A DNA stretch of 64,000 nt from an uncultured delta proteobacterium (GTDB taxonomy: Bacteria; Desulfobacterota; Binatia; UBA9968), in assembly GCA_963804165.1 (NCBI GenBank), contig CAWDPO010000034.1:1-64000 (forward strand). The letters are read 5' to 3'. The position numbers and the translations under genes were made by a program. The notes under the pieces were generated by a model. The model did no database searches and was not told where the DNA came from. It was given only the letters and a program-made list of their open reading frames with translations. Positions 51,692-61,780 of the stretch are shown here, piece by piece (the first letter of the stretch is position 1; each line of letters opens with the position of its first letter).

Positions 51692-52573
51692 GTGGTCGTC
51701 GTGAATAAAGCCAAATTGTTGGTTCCCCTGTGCGCTTTTATATTGTCTGGATGCGCACTCTTCGAAACCTCCGAAAGAGATCCGCAGAACATCCCGGTCG
51801 CTGCGCCTGTCGAGGAAAGTGAACGCCCGCCCGTTGCAGTGGTTGCGGATGCACCAGAACAAGAATTGCCCCGGAGGCCGCCGCGAGTCTTCACCCGCGA
51901 CGAAGTGCGCCAAATTCAGCTACGCTTGAAAACCGCTGGCTTCGATCCTGGCCCGGTGGACGGCGTCACCGGCGCCAGAACAAAAACGGCGGTCAACCGT
52001 TATCATGCGGGATGCGCCAAAGTGAAGCTGATGCTTAACGATTTCGAAGATACCGGCTCGCTAGGGACGGGCGAAAACGCTATGAGCAAAAAAACTCTCA
52101 CTCGCCAAGAGATCCGAGCGATTCAACTTCAACTGCGCGACGCCGGCTTCGACTCGGGTCCGGCGGACGGTATTTTTGGCGCCAGAACTAAAACAATGCT
52201 TGCCCACCTTAAGGCCAACTGCTCGACAGTGAATGAGTTTGCAGCCGCATTAAACGAATCAGCACACGGTGCAGATATCAAGAGCGTCGCGGCCCGAGTC
52301 TTGGTGCCGGGCGATCGAACAACCAAATCCGGCCCCACCGCCACGTCGGTTTCGAGCATCGCGACTCAGGGCACGGCGACCGTAACGCCCGTGCGGGTCT
52401 CAGAAGAGACCAGAGTCCTTCAGCTTAGGTTGCGCGACGCGGGATTTGACCCCGGCGCCTTCGATGGCGTGATGGGACCGAAGACGAAATCAGCGTTGCA
52501 ACAATACGAGGCGAGCCAACGCGGCAAAAAAATCAAAACTGGTTTAAGGACGGAGATTAACGGCCAGTACTGA
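51692..52573 (+). CDS. Lipoprotein with three peptidoglycan-binding domains
   Basis: LSGC lipobox; three Q..L..AGFD.G..DG..G..T repeats. Confidence 0.88.
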   Translation: MVVVNKAKLLVPLCAFILSGCALFETSERDPQNIPVAAPVEESERPPVAVVADAPEQELPRRPPRVFTRDEVRQIQLRLKTAGFDPGPVDGVTGARTKTAVNRYHAGCAKVKLMLNDFEDTGSLGTGENAMSKKTLTRQEIRAIQLQLRDAGFDSGPADGIFGARTKTMLAHLKANCSTVNEFAAALNESAHGADIKSVAARVLVPGDRTTKSGPTATSVSSIATQGTATVTPVRVSEETRVLQLRLRDAGFDPGAFDGVMGPKTKSALQQYEASQRGKKIKTGLRTEINGQY

Positions 52574-52591
52574 ATCGAAACATGCAGAAAT

Positions 52592-52631
52592 AAAAAGAGG
52601 ATTCAGAATACATCTGAATCCTCTTTTTTTT
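52592..52631. terminator. Bidirectional intrinsic terminator
   Basis: AAAAAGAGGATTCAGA-ATACA-TCTGAATCCTCTTTTTTTT between convergent genes. Confidence 0.9.
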
Positions 52632-52650
52632 GTTTTGGGCGACCTCGCGG

Positions 52651-52995
52651 TTAATATTCGGTTTGCCGCGAACGCTGGATTTGTTGGTTGTTGCGGTTGA
52701 TGGTGGTCTGATTCTGCTGAATCTGCTGTTGATTAGCCTGATACTGCTGCTGTTCCTGACCTTGCATGTAATCACCGACAAGTGCGCCCGCCCCGAGTCC
52801 GAGGGCCCCACCGATTGCCGCGCCAGCTCCCGGGTGACCCATCGTTGCGCCGATGATACCGCCGGCGGCAGCGCCGCCTACAGCGCCGATCCCAGCGCCC
52901 TTTTCCCGCGTGGTCATCGGCCCGCCGGAACAGCCGGCGAAAACCGCAGCCGCGAGAACGAGCGCCACCAGCTGCAATGAAATTCCGTTCGTCAT
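52651..52995 (-). CDS. Glycine-zipper lipoprotein
   Basis: FAGC lipobox, GAGIGAVGGAAAG, Gln-rich tail. Confidence 0.85.
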   Translation of the reverse strand: MTNGISLQLVALVLAAAVFAGCSGGPMTTREKGAGIGAVGGAAAGGIIGATMGHPGAGAAIGGALGLGAGALVGDYMQGQEQQQYQANQQQIQQNQTTINRNNQQIQRSRQTEY

Positions 52996-53052
52996 TTTCT
53001 GCCTCCTTTAGATTTCTTTGAAATCTACTGTTTTAGTGAGGCGAGTACATGC

Positions 53053-53067
53053 GCAATGGCCGTGCCA
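53053..53067 (-). promoter_or_regulatory. Sigma-54 promoter
   Basis: TGGCACG-GCCA-TTGC, a full consensus match. Confidence 0.75.
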
Positions 53068-53191
53068 AATAAAACGACATCGGCAAATGACTGATTGTGC
53101 CACAATCTACATTTAAGTGGTAAAAACCAAATGCACAGTTTCTGATGTCCGAGCGAAAATTCGGCGACTATTATGTCTCTAGCTTAGTAAG

Positions 53192-54678
53192 CTAGTTCTC
53201 ACTGAAAAAGTAGAGTTTGAGAGTTTCGATAATTGGCTGAAGTATAGAGGTTTTGTTTCAAATGGGTTTAAGTCGATCTTCGGTGTAGTCGCATATCAAG
53301 TCTTTGCCACAGATTGTAGGAAAAGATTGCCCAACCGGTCCAAATGGCGGTGGCCGGCGAGCCTTTGGCCAGCACTTTACCCAAACCGAATTGGCGTTTA
53401 AGCATGCTGATGGAGGCTTCGATCCCGCAGCGAAACCGTTGCAGTTGCTCTAAACCACTGGGTGCGTTGATGTTGGCGTTTCGCTGCGGCGTCAAGCGAC
53501 CGATTTTCGGGATGCCGATCGGCACACCATACGGCCGTCGAAGCTTAGCCAAATTATCTGCGCTGTAGAATCCTCGATCCGCGGCAATTGCCTGGGGCGA
53601 TTGATGAGAATCTTTTTGGTTTGTGCGGACCAAAGAAAGCAGATGAATCTTATCGCTGGGATTGCCGTGATGGACTTCGTCATGAACGATCACCCCAGAG
53701 TCATCCTGCACCAACTCCAGCGTACGACCAAATTCGACAGGCTTATCGAGTTTTCCCTTCACGATGGCCCGGGCATGAGGATCAAAGAACGAAACGATGC
53801 GCTCGGGAATCGAGCGTTGCCCGGCGAGTTTGCTTTTGGTCTGTTCAAGCAGTTCTTTGGCCACCCCGATTTGCGCCAAAAACTTCTCTTTGAGTTGGGT
53901 GGGCGCCGTCCTCAACAGTTGCTCCATAGCTTGGCGGCTTTGTGCCAGGGTGTCGGTGGCCAGTTGGGCTACTTTCTTGAGCATTTTTTTGCCTTGGATT
54001 TTACGTTGTTTAGGTTTGGCTTTGGCGCTCTGGCCCCAACGGGCCAGGGCTCTCTTAGTGGCCCTCACGTGGCGGGTGATCTTTTGGCCCAAAGAGTTGG
54101 CTGTATGGGTCAGCGTTCTCACTGCTTGATGCAAGCATCCCGATGTCATTGGGATAGCTGATGTGGGCTTCAAAGTTGTCGAATCGATGCGAATCCGGCG
54201 CGGCTTAATCGAGCGGGTCTTGACCAGCGATTTGATAAGCTGGCTGGTTAAGCTCGGCCATCCGGGCTTCGCCAAATCGCTGGTTGAGTTTAATCAACGT
54301 GGTAGCATCGGGCACCGAGTCCATCAGCGAAAGATGGCAGAAGTAGCGCCACGGCAGTCTTTCCCGAACTTCAATCTCGACTTCTTCGTAACTCAAGCCC
54401 CCAGCGAAACTTCAGATACATCATCCGAAGATAGATCCCGACCGGTGTGCCGGGGCGCCCTTGGCTCTCGTCGTAGACCTCTTCAAAGGACTTCAGCAAT
54501 GCCGCACTCGACAAAAGCTCGTCAACTTCCTTAAGCTCTTCGTCCAGCTCGTACAGCGAAGCATCGATAAATCCGTCACCAAAACTCATCTGTTGAGAGA
54601 TCAGTTTGCGCATGCTCTCTTGTACAACAATCCTATAATCAGACCCAAGAAAATTGTGACTTTTTCAGTGAGAACTAG
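53192..54678 (-). mobile_element. IS5-family-like insertion sequence
   Basis: Perfect terminal IR CTAGTTCTCACTGAAAAAGT (53192-53211 and 54659-54678), which includes the probable CTAG target. Confidence 0.9.
53268..54613 (-). CDS. DDE transposase (frameshifted)
   Basis: GRPG, PDATTL, IDST, KGK..KPVEFG, ADRGF and RCGIEASISMLKR motifs. Confidence 0.9.
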
Positions 54679-54999
54679 CTAGTCGACTTTGGCCATGTTT
54701 TCTACGTCCGTGACCGACGGACCGTTCAAGCGAAACGCGCGGTGCACGCGCCATTCAAGCACCTCCATCGCGCGGATGCCTCGCGCGTGATGGGGATCCT
54801 GAGCGGCGATGGATTTGGCTTCATCCAAGTCCGCGGCCAACATGACGTAAACGCCGTAGCGGCCATCCGTCGTAGGTCCGGAAAAAAGCAAGCGGCCGGC
54901 GCGATGTTGATCGTCGAGCCATTGGCGGTGCTCTTCATAATTACGCTGCTTCTCTTCATCTTTTTCCGGTAACGAACGCGACATGACGATATACCACAT
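54679..54999 (-). CDS. YciI family protein
   Basis: EHRQWL, LFSGP and DPH motifs. Confidence 0.8.
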   Translation of the reverse strand: MWYIVMSRSLPEKDEEKQRNYEEHRQWLDDQHRAGRLLFSGPTTDGRYGVYVMLAADLDEAKSIAAQDPHHARGIRAMEVLEWRVHRAFRLNGPSVTDVENMAKVD

Positions 55000-55177
55000 G
55001 AAGTTATCTCCTTTGTCTTGAGCGATCGGCGATGCTTCGGTTATATCGTAACGACAGAAAAATTAAATTGCCACTTGCTTTGCCTGCGCGGCAGGAGTTA
55101 CAAGCGAGAGCAAGTGAAGCGTAACTTCGGAACCAATTTACAATTAGGACCGGCAGGAAAGATATTGCGCTGTAAAT

Positions 55178-56425
55178 ATGCTCGGCCGTGAAGAGAACGA
55201 ACTTTTGACCCGCGTCGGCCCGCGCACGGCGATGGGCGAGCTTATGCGGCGCTATTGGATTCCTGCGCTGTTGTCGGAAGAAATAGCTGAGCCGGACTGT
55301 GCGCCGGTGCGGGTAAAACTCCTCGGTGAAGATTTGGTCGCGTTCCGCGATTCGAACGGCAAGATCGGTTTGCTCGGCGAGCACTGCGCCCATCGCGGCA
55401 CGTCGCTTTTCTTCGGACGCAACGAAGAATGCGGCTTGCGCTGTATTTATCATGGTTGGAAATACGACGCCGACGGGCGCGTTGTCGAGACACCGGCGGA
55501 ACCGTCGGACAGTGATTTCAGAAGCAAACTTCGCCACGTCGCTTATCCGTGCCAGGAAGCGGCGGGCATGATCTTCACTTATATGGGACCGACGAATCGT
55601 ACGCCGCTTTTGCCGCGTTACGAGTGGCTTGAACTGAGCGATGCTCACGTCTGTCCGGTAAAATCATTGCTGGAATGCAATTACCTCCAGGGTATCGAAG
55701 GCGATTTCGATTCTTCCCATACGTCGTTTCTGCACAACAATAACATTCTGGATTCGGCGCGCTTGAAGCGCGACGGCGCGCCGCTGCTGGATGCGGAGGA
55801 GACGGCTTACGGTATGCGCGCGATCTCGATTCGGAAAGTCGGCGCGGATCAGATCTATGTTCGAACCAGTCCTTACATCATGCCGTCGTTCAGCATTGTG
55901 CCAGGGCCGCCGACGTCGAAGTTCGAGGAAGACGACATCCGCGGTTTCAGATTTTGGGTGCCGATCGACGACAACACAACATGGTTATACATCCTGAACA
56001 TGCGCAAGAAGGCGTTCACAGCGGAGGAACGAAAAAGCTTGCGCAGTTGGATCGGCGCCGACTATCGAAGAGTTCGCAATGCGGCAAACAATTATCTGCG
56101 GAACCCCGAGCTGCAAAGAACGACGACTTATACCGGTATCGAGGCGGTCAACCCGGCGGAGCAGGACGGTTGCGCAACGGAGAGCATGGGCGTGATTTGC
56201 GATCGCAGTAAAGAGCATCTCGGTTACAGCGACAAGACAATCATCGCGCTACGTAAGATGCTTTTGGCTGCGGTAAACGATTTGCAACAGGGGAAGGAAC
56301 CGCGGCACATCGTGCGCGATCCGGCGATAAATGATTTTTCCCGTTTGCGCTCGATCAAAGGCGTCTTACCGGCGGGAGCGGACTGGCGGAAGGTCATGGA
56401 AGGGTTGGGGCCGAATGATGGATAA
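55178..56425 (+). CDS. Rieske oxygenase, phthalate 4,5-dioxygenase-like alpha subunit
   Basis: CAHRG, CIYHGW and DSSH.SFLH motifs. Confidence 0.9.
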   Translation: MLGREENELLTRVGPRTAMGELMRRYWIPALLSEEIAEPDCAPVRVKLLGEDLVAFRDSNGKIGLLGEHCAHRGTSLFFGRNEECGLRCIYHGWKYDADGRVVETPAEPSDSDFRSKLRHVAYPCQEAAGMIFTYMGPTNRTPLLPRYEWLELSDAHVCPVKSLLECNYLQGIEGDFDSSHTSFLHNNNILDSARLKRDGAPLLDAEETAYGMRAISIRKVGADQIYVRTSPYIMPSFSIVPGPPTSKFEEDDIRGFRFWVPIDDNTTWLYILNMRKKAFTAEERKSLRSWIGADYRRVRNAANNYLRNPELQRTTTYTGIEAVNPAEQDGCATESMGVICDRSKEHLGYSDKTIIALRKMLLAAVNDLQQGKEPRHIVRDPAINDFSRLRSIKGVLPAGADWRKVMEGLGPNDG

Positions 56426-56436
56426 TCGGAACGGGA

Positions 56437-56475
56437 GTTCAAGCCGTTCAAAACGTTCAAGTAGTTCAAATCGTT
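56437..56475 (+). repeat. Solo 9-bp-period GTTCAA array
   Basis: GTTCAAGCC GTTCAAAAC GTTCAAGTA GTTCAAATC GTT. Confidence 0.8.
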
Positions 56476-56517
56476 GTGCGGAAATTGCCCATTAATGGGA
56501 AGAAGTTCGTTGATATT

Positions 56518-57573
56518 GTGAAACAAGGAAAGACGGAGCTTCGTAGTGCATTCATCATTGTGGCCTTTGTGGCGCAGTTCAGTAGCAGCGCGCCTTCGGT
56601 GACCGCCCAGCCGCTGCAGAAAACGGTGGCGATGATCGGGGCGCGAAGTGGTGCATCGTGGCCGCTGTGGATCGCCAAGGACGCGCGTCTGTACGCCAAG
56701 TACGGTCTCGACGTCGAGCTGGTTTACGCGGTTCATCCGGCGCCGATCGCGGCTGTTATTACCGGCCAGGCGGCGATGACTTCATCCGGCAGCGATCCGG
56801 CTTTGCTCGCTGCCGCCAAAGATCCTTCTCTCGTCGTACTCGGCGGTTTCATGAACAAAGGCTCCTTCGCCATGATTGGTTCGAAAACCGCCACGGATAT
56901 GAAACAATTGGCGGGCAAAAAGATTGGCATCGGCCGGGTCGGCGATCCACCCTATCATATGGCGGTCAGTTTGCTGCGAAAGCACGGCTACACGGCTCGC
57001 GATGTACAGTGGGTATCCGTCGGCGTCGACGCGGCGACACGTGCTGCGGCGCTGCAAAGCGGACAGATTGACGCGGCATTGATCACCGCGCCGGCCTATT
57101 TTCGTCTCCAGGCCGTGGGATTGCCGGTGTTGGCCGCGTTGATGGATTACGACGACATCTACGTCTCGACGTATTATCTGTTCCGACGCGACGCCCTGAC
57201 CAAAGAGCGCCCGACCGCGATCGGGTTTATCAAAGCTCACACCGAGGCGATCAAAAGATTCTACAACGACCGAGCTTTCGCGACCGAGACCATGATCAAA
57301 TACGGCGGTACTCGTAACACTGACGATGCCAATCGAGTATACGAACTCTTTCGCAAGGCGCGCGTGCTGGAGCCGATCCCGTATGCGCTCAAAGGCTCTG
57401 TGGACGCCGTTGTCGAGCGGCAGGGCCAGGAACTCAAAGGGGGCGATTTCAGTAAAATGATCGACAACAGTTTGGTCGACCAGCTGGTCAAAGAAAAATA
57501 TTTCGAAACTGTTTTCGGACCGTCGATACGCGACGAGCAGCTGCGCAAACAGGCTCAGGCATTCGGCAAGTAA
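56518..57573 (+). CDS. ABC substrate-binding protein (NMT1/THI5-like)
   Basis: PLWIA..KYGLDVE, GKKIGI and ALQSGQIDA motifs; start approximate. Confidence 0.85.
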   Translation: MKQGKTELRSAFIIVAFVAQFSSSAPSVTAQPLQKTVAMIGARSGASWPLWIAKDARLYAKYGLDVELVYAVHPAPIAAVITGQAAMTSSGSDPALLAAAKDPSLVVLGGFMNKGSFAMIGSKTATDMKQLAGKKIGIGRVGDPPYHMAVSLLRKHGYTARDVQWVSVGVDAATRAAALQSGQIDAALITAPAYFRLQAVGLPVLAALMDYDDIYVSTYYLFRRDALTKERPTAIGFIKAHTEAIKRFYNDRAFATETMIKYGGTRNTDDANRVYELFRKARVLEPIPYALKGSVDAVVERQGQELKGGDFSKMIDNSLVDQLVKEKYFETVFGPSIRDEQLRKQAQAFGK

Positions 57574-57625
57574 TCGTAAATTGCCGGCGGCCGAAACAGC
57601 GGCGGCTCGGCGAATCTCGCTGATT

Positions 57626-58623
57626 CTACCCTTTACTTTTTCTGCAGCGACATGAAGAATCCCTGCTTATCCAGCTCGCGCAGGATATCTTCATTGACGA
57701 ACTCCTGGGCCTTTTTTCCTCTCGCGTCGGCGCGATTGTTCGCCAGGTCATCGACAGCGACTTGGACGCCGGACAGCTCGGTATAGGGCGGAAACGAAAT
57801 CCGCGGCGCGTAACTCCGATAAGCGCTTTCGAGCAGAGCTTTGTCCTGGGTGCGCATCCACTTCGACAGACTCTTTTGTCCGAGCACGGGATCGTTTTTG
57901 AAACTATAGATCGCCTCGCCGATCCCCTGGAGAAACCCACGCACAACCCCGCGTTTGATGTTTTGCAAGGTCTTGGACGTCATCAAGCTCACCGTCGCAA
58001 ATGAATCCTCCAGATCGCCAAGGTCGAGCAAGACCGGCATGCCCGCCCGCTTTCGCCCGGTCAACGAAAGCACCGGTGAGCACCGTCGCGTCGATCAGGC
58101 CGTTTTGCAGCGCGGTGAAGCGATCGCGGCTACCGCCGGCGCGCACAAGCGTGACGCTTTTCTCATCGATGCCCCAATGCTTGAGCGCTGTGGCGACGAC
58201 AATCTGATTCAATCCGACCACGGACAGCACGCCAATCTTTTTACCGCGCAATTCTTGCGGCGAGCGGATACCGGATTTGGCGACGACGCTGTAAGTGTGT
58301 TTGTTGAAATAAGTGCCGATAATGATGATGTCGGCGCCGGAAAGATCGGCAGCGATATGCGGCTGCGGCGCGACGACGTCGAACTGTGTTTCGCCGCCGG
58401 TCAGCGCGTTGGCCGATTCCGCACCGCCCCGGAAAAGAATCGGTTCTAAATTCAGACCGTATTTCTTGAACAAACCGAGATCGACGCCGAGCCAGAGAGG
58501 CACTTGATAACCGGAAATACCGCTATACTCGGCGCGCACGCGTTCCTGTGCATGAACCGGCGTGGCGCTGTAGAACACGGCGATTGCCAACAAGGTCGCC
58601 AATCTGAATCTCAAGGTTAGCAA
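57626..58623 (-). CDS. ABC substrate-binding protein (frameshift about 58065)
   Basis: GLFKKYGL, LRGKKIG and ALQNGLIDA motifs. Confidence 0.82.
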
Positions 58624-58683
58624 TTGAATATCTTCGATCGCGAATCCGAGGTTTACTGCCGCTTCCTGCCCAATACCGCGAGC

Positions 58684-59523
58684 TTATTCAGCCAGCGGCC
58701 AGCGCAGCCAGTGCGCGAGAGCTCGGCCCATGATCCACTCTTTGTCTTGAGCGGAAAGAAAGCCCAACTCATCGGTAAACAATGTCACGGCTTGACGGTA
58801 GCTGCAGGGCATCTGCGACAGGTCGGTGCCCCAGAAAATTCTTTGCGGACCGAACGCGTCCACGACGCGACGGATCTGCGGATGCAGTGTTGGAAACGGA
58901 TAAGGCTCGGCAACGTAGCAGGGCAGGCAAGAAGCTTTGACTCCGACATTTTTCATGCGTGCGAATTTGAGCAAGACATCGATGCCGGGGGCCAAGTCTT
59001 TGCCCCTCCACTGTACGTTCAGTCCCATGTGGTCGACGATCACGCGCAGGCCGGGATGGTGCTCGGCAATCGCCCCGATCTTTGCCACCGCGAATGGCGC
59101 GAAGATCATGACCGGAATATCGTAGCGCTCGCAGTCGGCCCAAAACCAATCCGCCGTGCCGTCGTCGAGAAACGAGTGCGTGCCGCTGTGGCGAAAGCTG
59201 ATGCGGAAGCCGAGCATGCCCGGCTGTTCCAGCCATGTTGGGAGTTTGCTTTTGCTCGCCGGATCGTTGAGCGGGACTTTGCCCATGACCGCAAAACGAT
59301 CCGGATATTTTCGCGCGGCTTCGAGCGCGTAATCGTTGCGATAGCCTTCCCATGAAGGCGGCACAAGGATGACGCGATCGATGCCGGCGGCAGACATCTC
59401 GCGCAGTAAAGAATCGTAAGTCAGCGGAATCGGCCGGTGGGGCTTGGAAGCGTCTTCTTTGATGTACGGCCGCTCGGCTGTCTCCGCCCGCCAGATGTGC
59501 ACCTGTGCGTCAATGATGGTCAT
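58684..59523 (-). CDS. Amidohydrolase_2 family protein
   Basis: IDAQVHIW, VDHMG and RIFWGTD motifs. Confidence 0.88.
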   Translation of the reverse strand: MTIIDAQVHIWRAETAERPYIKEDASKPHRPIPLTYDSLLREMSAAGIDRVILVPPSWEGYRNDYALEAARKYPDRFAVMGKVPLNDPASKSKLPTWLEQPGMLGFRISFRHSGTHSFLDDGTADWFWADCERYDIPVMIFAPFAVAKIGAIAEHHPGLRVIVDHMGLNVQWRGKDLAPGIDVLLKFARMKNVGVKASCLPCYVAEPYPFPTLHPQIRRVVDAFGPQRIFWGTDLSQMPCSYRQAVTLFTDELGFLSAQDKEWIMGRALAHWLRWPLAE

Positions 59524-59572
59524 GGGAAGGCATCAGGCAATAGTCCGAGATTTCGAAGAAATTATCTGCTTG

Positions 59573-60577
59573 TTATTTGCCGCTGTTCACTTGTCGCACA
59601 AAACGGTCGTCGAAGAACTGCGATGGCTTGGCGGTTTTGGCTTCCGGAATCGATTCAGAGAGAAAGTCCAAAATACCTTGAAGCCCCGGTTCGGAGGTGA
59701 CGAACTCGCGACGGAAGCCGGCTTTCTTATAAAATTCGTAACTGCGCTCGAGAACTTCCTGATCGTTTTCTTTAGTGTATTTGCCGATCACTTTCATGGC
59801 GAATGGTTTGTCGCCGTAATAACGCTCGATGCCCGATCTCACGGCGCGCAGCAGCGGGACGAGGCGAGATCCGAGTTCATCCATTCGACCTCGTCGGACG
59901 ACGAGGCCGACGTTCTGATAGGGCACATCGAGCAGACTCACAAGTGAGTGAAAGCCAGAGCGTTCGAGTTGAAAGCTCGCAGGCGGCGAACCTACACCGC
60001 CGGCGATTTGGCCCGCATAGAACGCGGCGACGATTTGCGGGCTGCTACCGAGCGGGCGGAGCTGGACATCCTTTGGAGTAAGCCCCATTTTCTTCAATGC
60101 GACGAGTGTTCCGTAAGCGACGGGCGTCGCGGGACGATCGGTGCCAATGATCTTGCCTTTGAGCTGTTCAATGTTCTTGATTTCGGGACGGGCGTAAAAA
60201 TCCCAGATCATTGTGTTTAATAAACCGGCGATGAAGACAACATCAATGCCGCGCAGCGATGCCGTAAGCACCGGCGCCGCGGAAACCTGGACAACGTCGA
60301 TCTCGTTGGCAATCAATGCGGGGATCGCGCTGCTCGAGGACATGGAAAGAACCTCGGTATCCAAACCTTCTTTGACAAACGCGCCCATGTCTTTCGCCAT
60401 CCAGACCGACGCCATCGTGGCGGAAGTACTCAGATAGGCGACGCGCAGGGGCCGCGCCGAGCGCGCGGCAGTTTGCGCGTGATTTGCGCATGGGGCGCTT
60501 AGGAAAGCTAGCGTAACGACCAAGCTTGCAAGAAACCAAGCGGCGCCGGGGAAGTTGTCGGACGCGTTAGGCCGCAT
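59573..60577 (-). CDS. ABC substrate-binding protein (NMT1/THI5-like)
   Basis: Signal peptide; KEGLD, LKGK.IG and FFDDRFV motifs. Confidence 0.85.
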   Translation of the reverse strand: MRPNASDNFPGAAWFLASLVVTLAFLSAPCANHAQTAARSARPLRVAYLSTSATMASVWMAKDMGAFVKEGLDTEVLSMSSSSAIPALIANEIDVVQVSAAPVLTASLRGIDVVFIAGLLNTMIWDFYARPEIKNIEQLKGKIIGTDRPATPVAYGTLVALKKMGLTPKDVQLRPLGSSPQIVAAFYAGQIAGGVGSPPASFQLERSGFHSLVSLLDVPYQNVGLVVRRGRMDELGSRLVPLLRAVRSGIERYYGDKPFAMKVIGKYTKENDQEVLERSYEFYKKAGFRREFVTSEPGLQGILDFLSESIPEAKTAKPSQFFDDRFVRQVNSGK

Positions 60578-60811
60578 TGGAGCACCTCGCGATAAAGAAA
60601 AAGCCGGAATTGCTCATTTCGATTGTCGGTAAAATAGGGCAGGTCGTTCGGTAGCGTCAAGGCAAAACCCAGGACCGACCGCGAGCAGGTCGGTTTCTTG
60701 GGTTGAACGCTTGGGGGTAGCTACCGCACAATAATGTGCGTATACTCGGAAGCATCCCGTCAGAATATCGCAGAAAAGCGCTTCCGCCGCTGGGTTTTCC
60801 CGGGTGCCGAA

Positions 60812-60826
60812 GGGCACGCAACTTGC
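60812..60826 (+). promoter_or_regulatory. Sigma-54 promoter
   Basis: GGGCACG-CAAC-TTGC. Confidence 0.6.
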
Positions 60827-60951
60827 TCAATCACCTTGATGGAAACGATAATGTCGATCCAGGGTAGTGAATAAACGATTGTAAACGAACCCGCGTTTCA
60901 TACGTCTATGCATCATGACTGCCGCAGCAAGTGAAACTTAGGAGGCGGCTT

Positions 60952-61113
60952 ATGAAGGGTCTACCATTTACAATACTAGCTTTGGTTTTCGCGTTCTTTT
61001 CGTTGATCTCACTGCTCATGGTGCCAAAGGATTCGGACAACAGAATAGCGGTCTCATCGGACAGCTCCGACAGAGTCTCGGAGGCCGGCCTCCGTTTCAC
61101 GTTTCGGCGGTAA
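60952..61113 (+). CDS. Small single-TM protein
   Basis: RBS AGGAGG before ATG; one hydrophobic helix; downstream of a sigma-54 motif. Confidence 0.5.
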   Translation: MKGLPFTILALVFAFFSLISLLMVPKDSDNRIAVSSDSSDRVSEAGLRFTFRR

Positions 61114-61199
61114 CCCTAACTGCTCGCTTCGACGCCGCGCTATCGTTTGGTCCTATTCTTCAGCCGCCGCGCCAACCCAACGTTGTTCTTACTATCTTT

Positions 61200-61760
61200 T
61201 CACGGCGTCGCCCGCACTACCGGTCGGTCGAGCAGCCGCTGCATCCAAGCTTTCACGTGCGGCAGGTCGTTGCCGATCGTGGTCTGATATCGTTGTAAGC
61301 GACAAAAAAATGGGATGTACGTGATATCCGCCAGCGAATACTCGCCGGCGATGTAATCCCTATCGCGCATTTCTTGATTCAGCGTCGCCAGATAGCCGCG
61401 CACTCTCTCTTTTGATTTTTCGACCTCGTGTTCGTGGGCGATATTTCCCGCTGCTGCCTGGAGTCGCGTGTTGCAGTAGTCGATCCAGATGCGCGCGCGT
61501 GACCGCTGCAATAGATCCTTGGGCATGAGCGGAATACCGGGATATTTTTCTTCGAGGTATTCGTCAATGATCGCCGACTCGTAAATCACGCCGTCGCCGT
61601 CCACCAGTACGGGCACTTTGCCGTAGGGATTGAGCTCTAACAGGTCCTTCGGTTTGTTCGAGAGATCGCATTCGATAAGCTCGTGGGAGAGTTTCTTTTC
61701 GGCCAGGACAATCCTTGTCCTGTGAGCGTAGGGTCAAGGCTGGTAGGAATAGAGTTTCAT
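61200..61760 (-). CDS. Glutathione S-transferase family protein, probable selenoprotein (UGA at codon 9)
   Basis: MKLYSYQP-UGA-PYAHRTRIVLAEK...NPYGKVPVL...ESAII, in frame with ORF 61200-61616; RBS AAAGGGG. Confidence 0.85.
61704..61722 (-). promoter_or_regulatory. Candidate bacterial SECIS hairpin
   Basis: CAGGACAA-GGA-TTGTCCTG, starting 11 nt after the UGA. Confidence 0.7.
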
Positions 61761-61780
61761 AACAATCCCCTTTCTATGTT

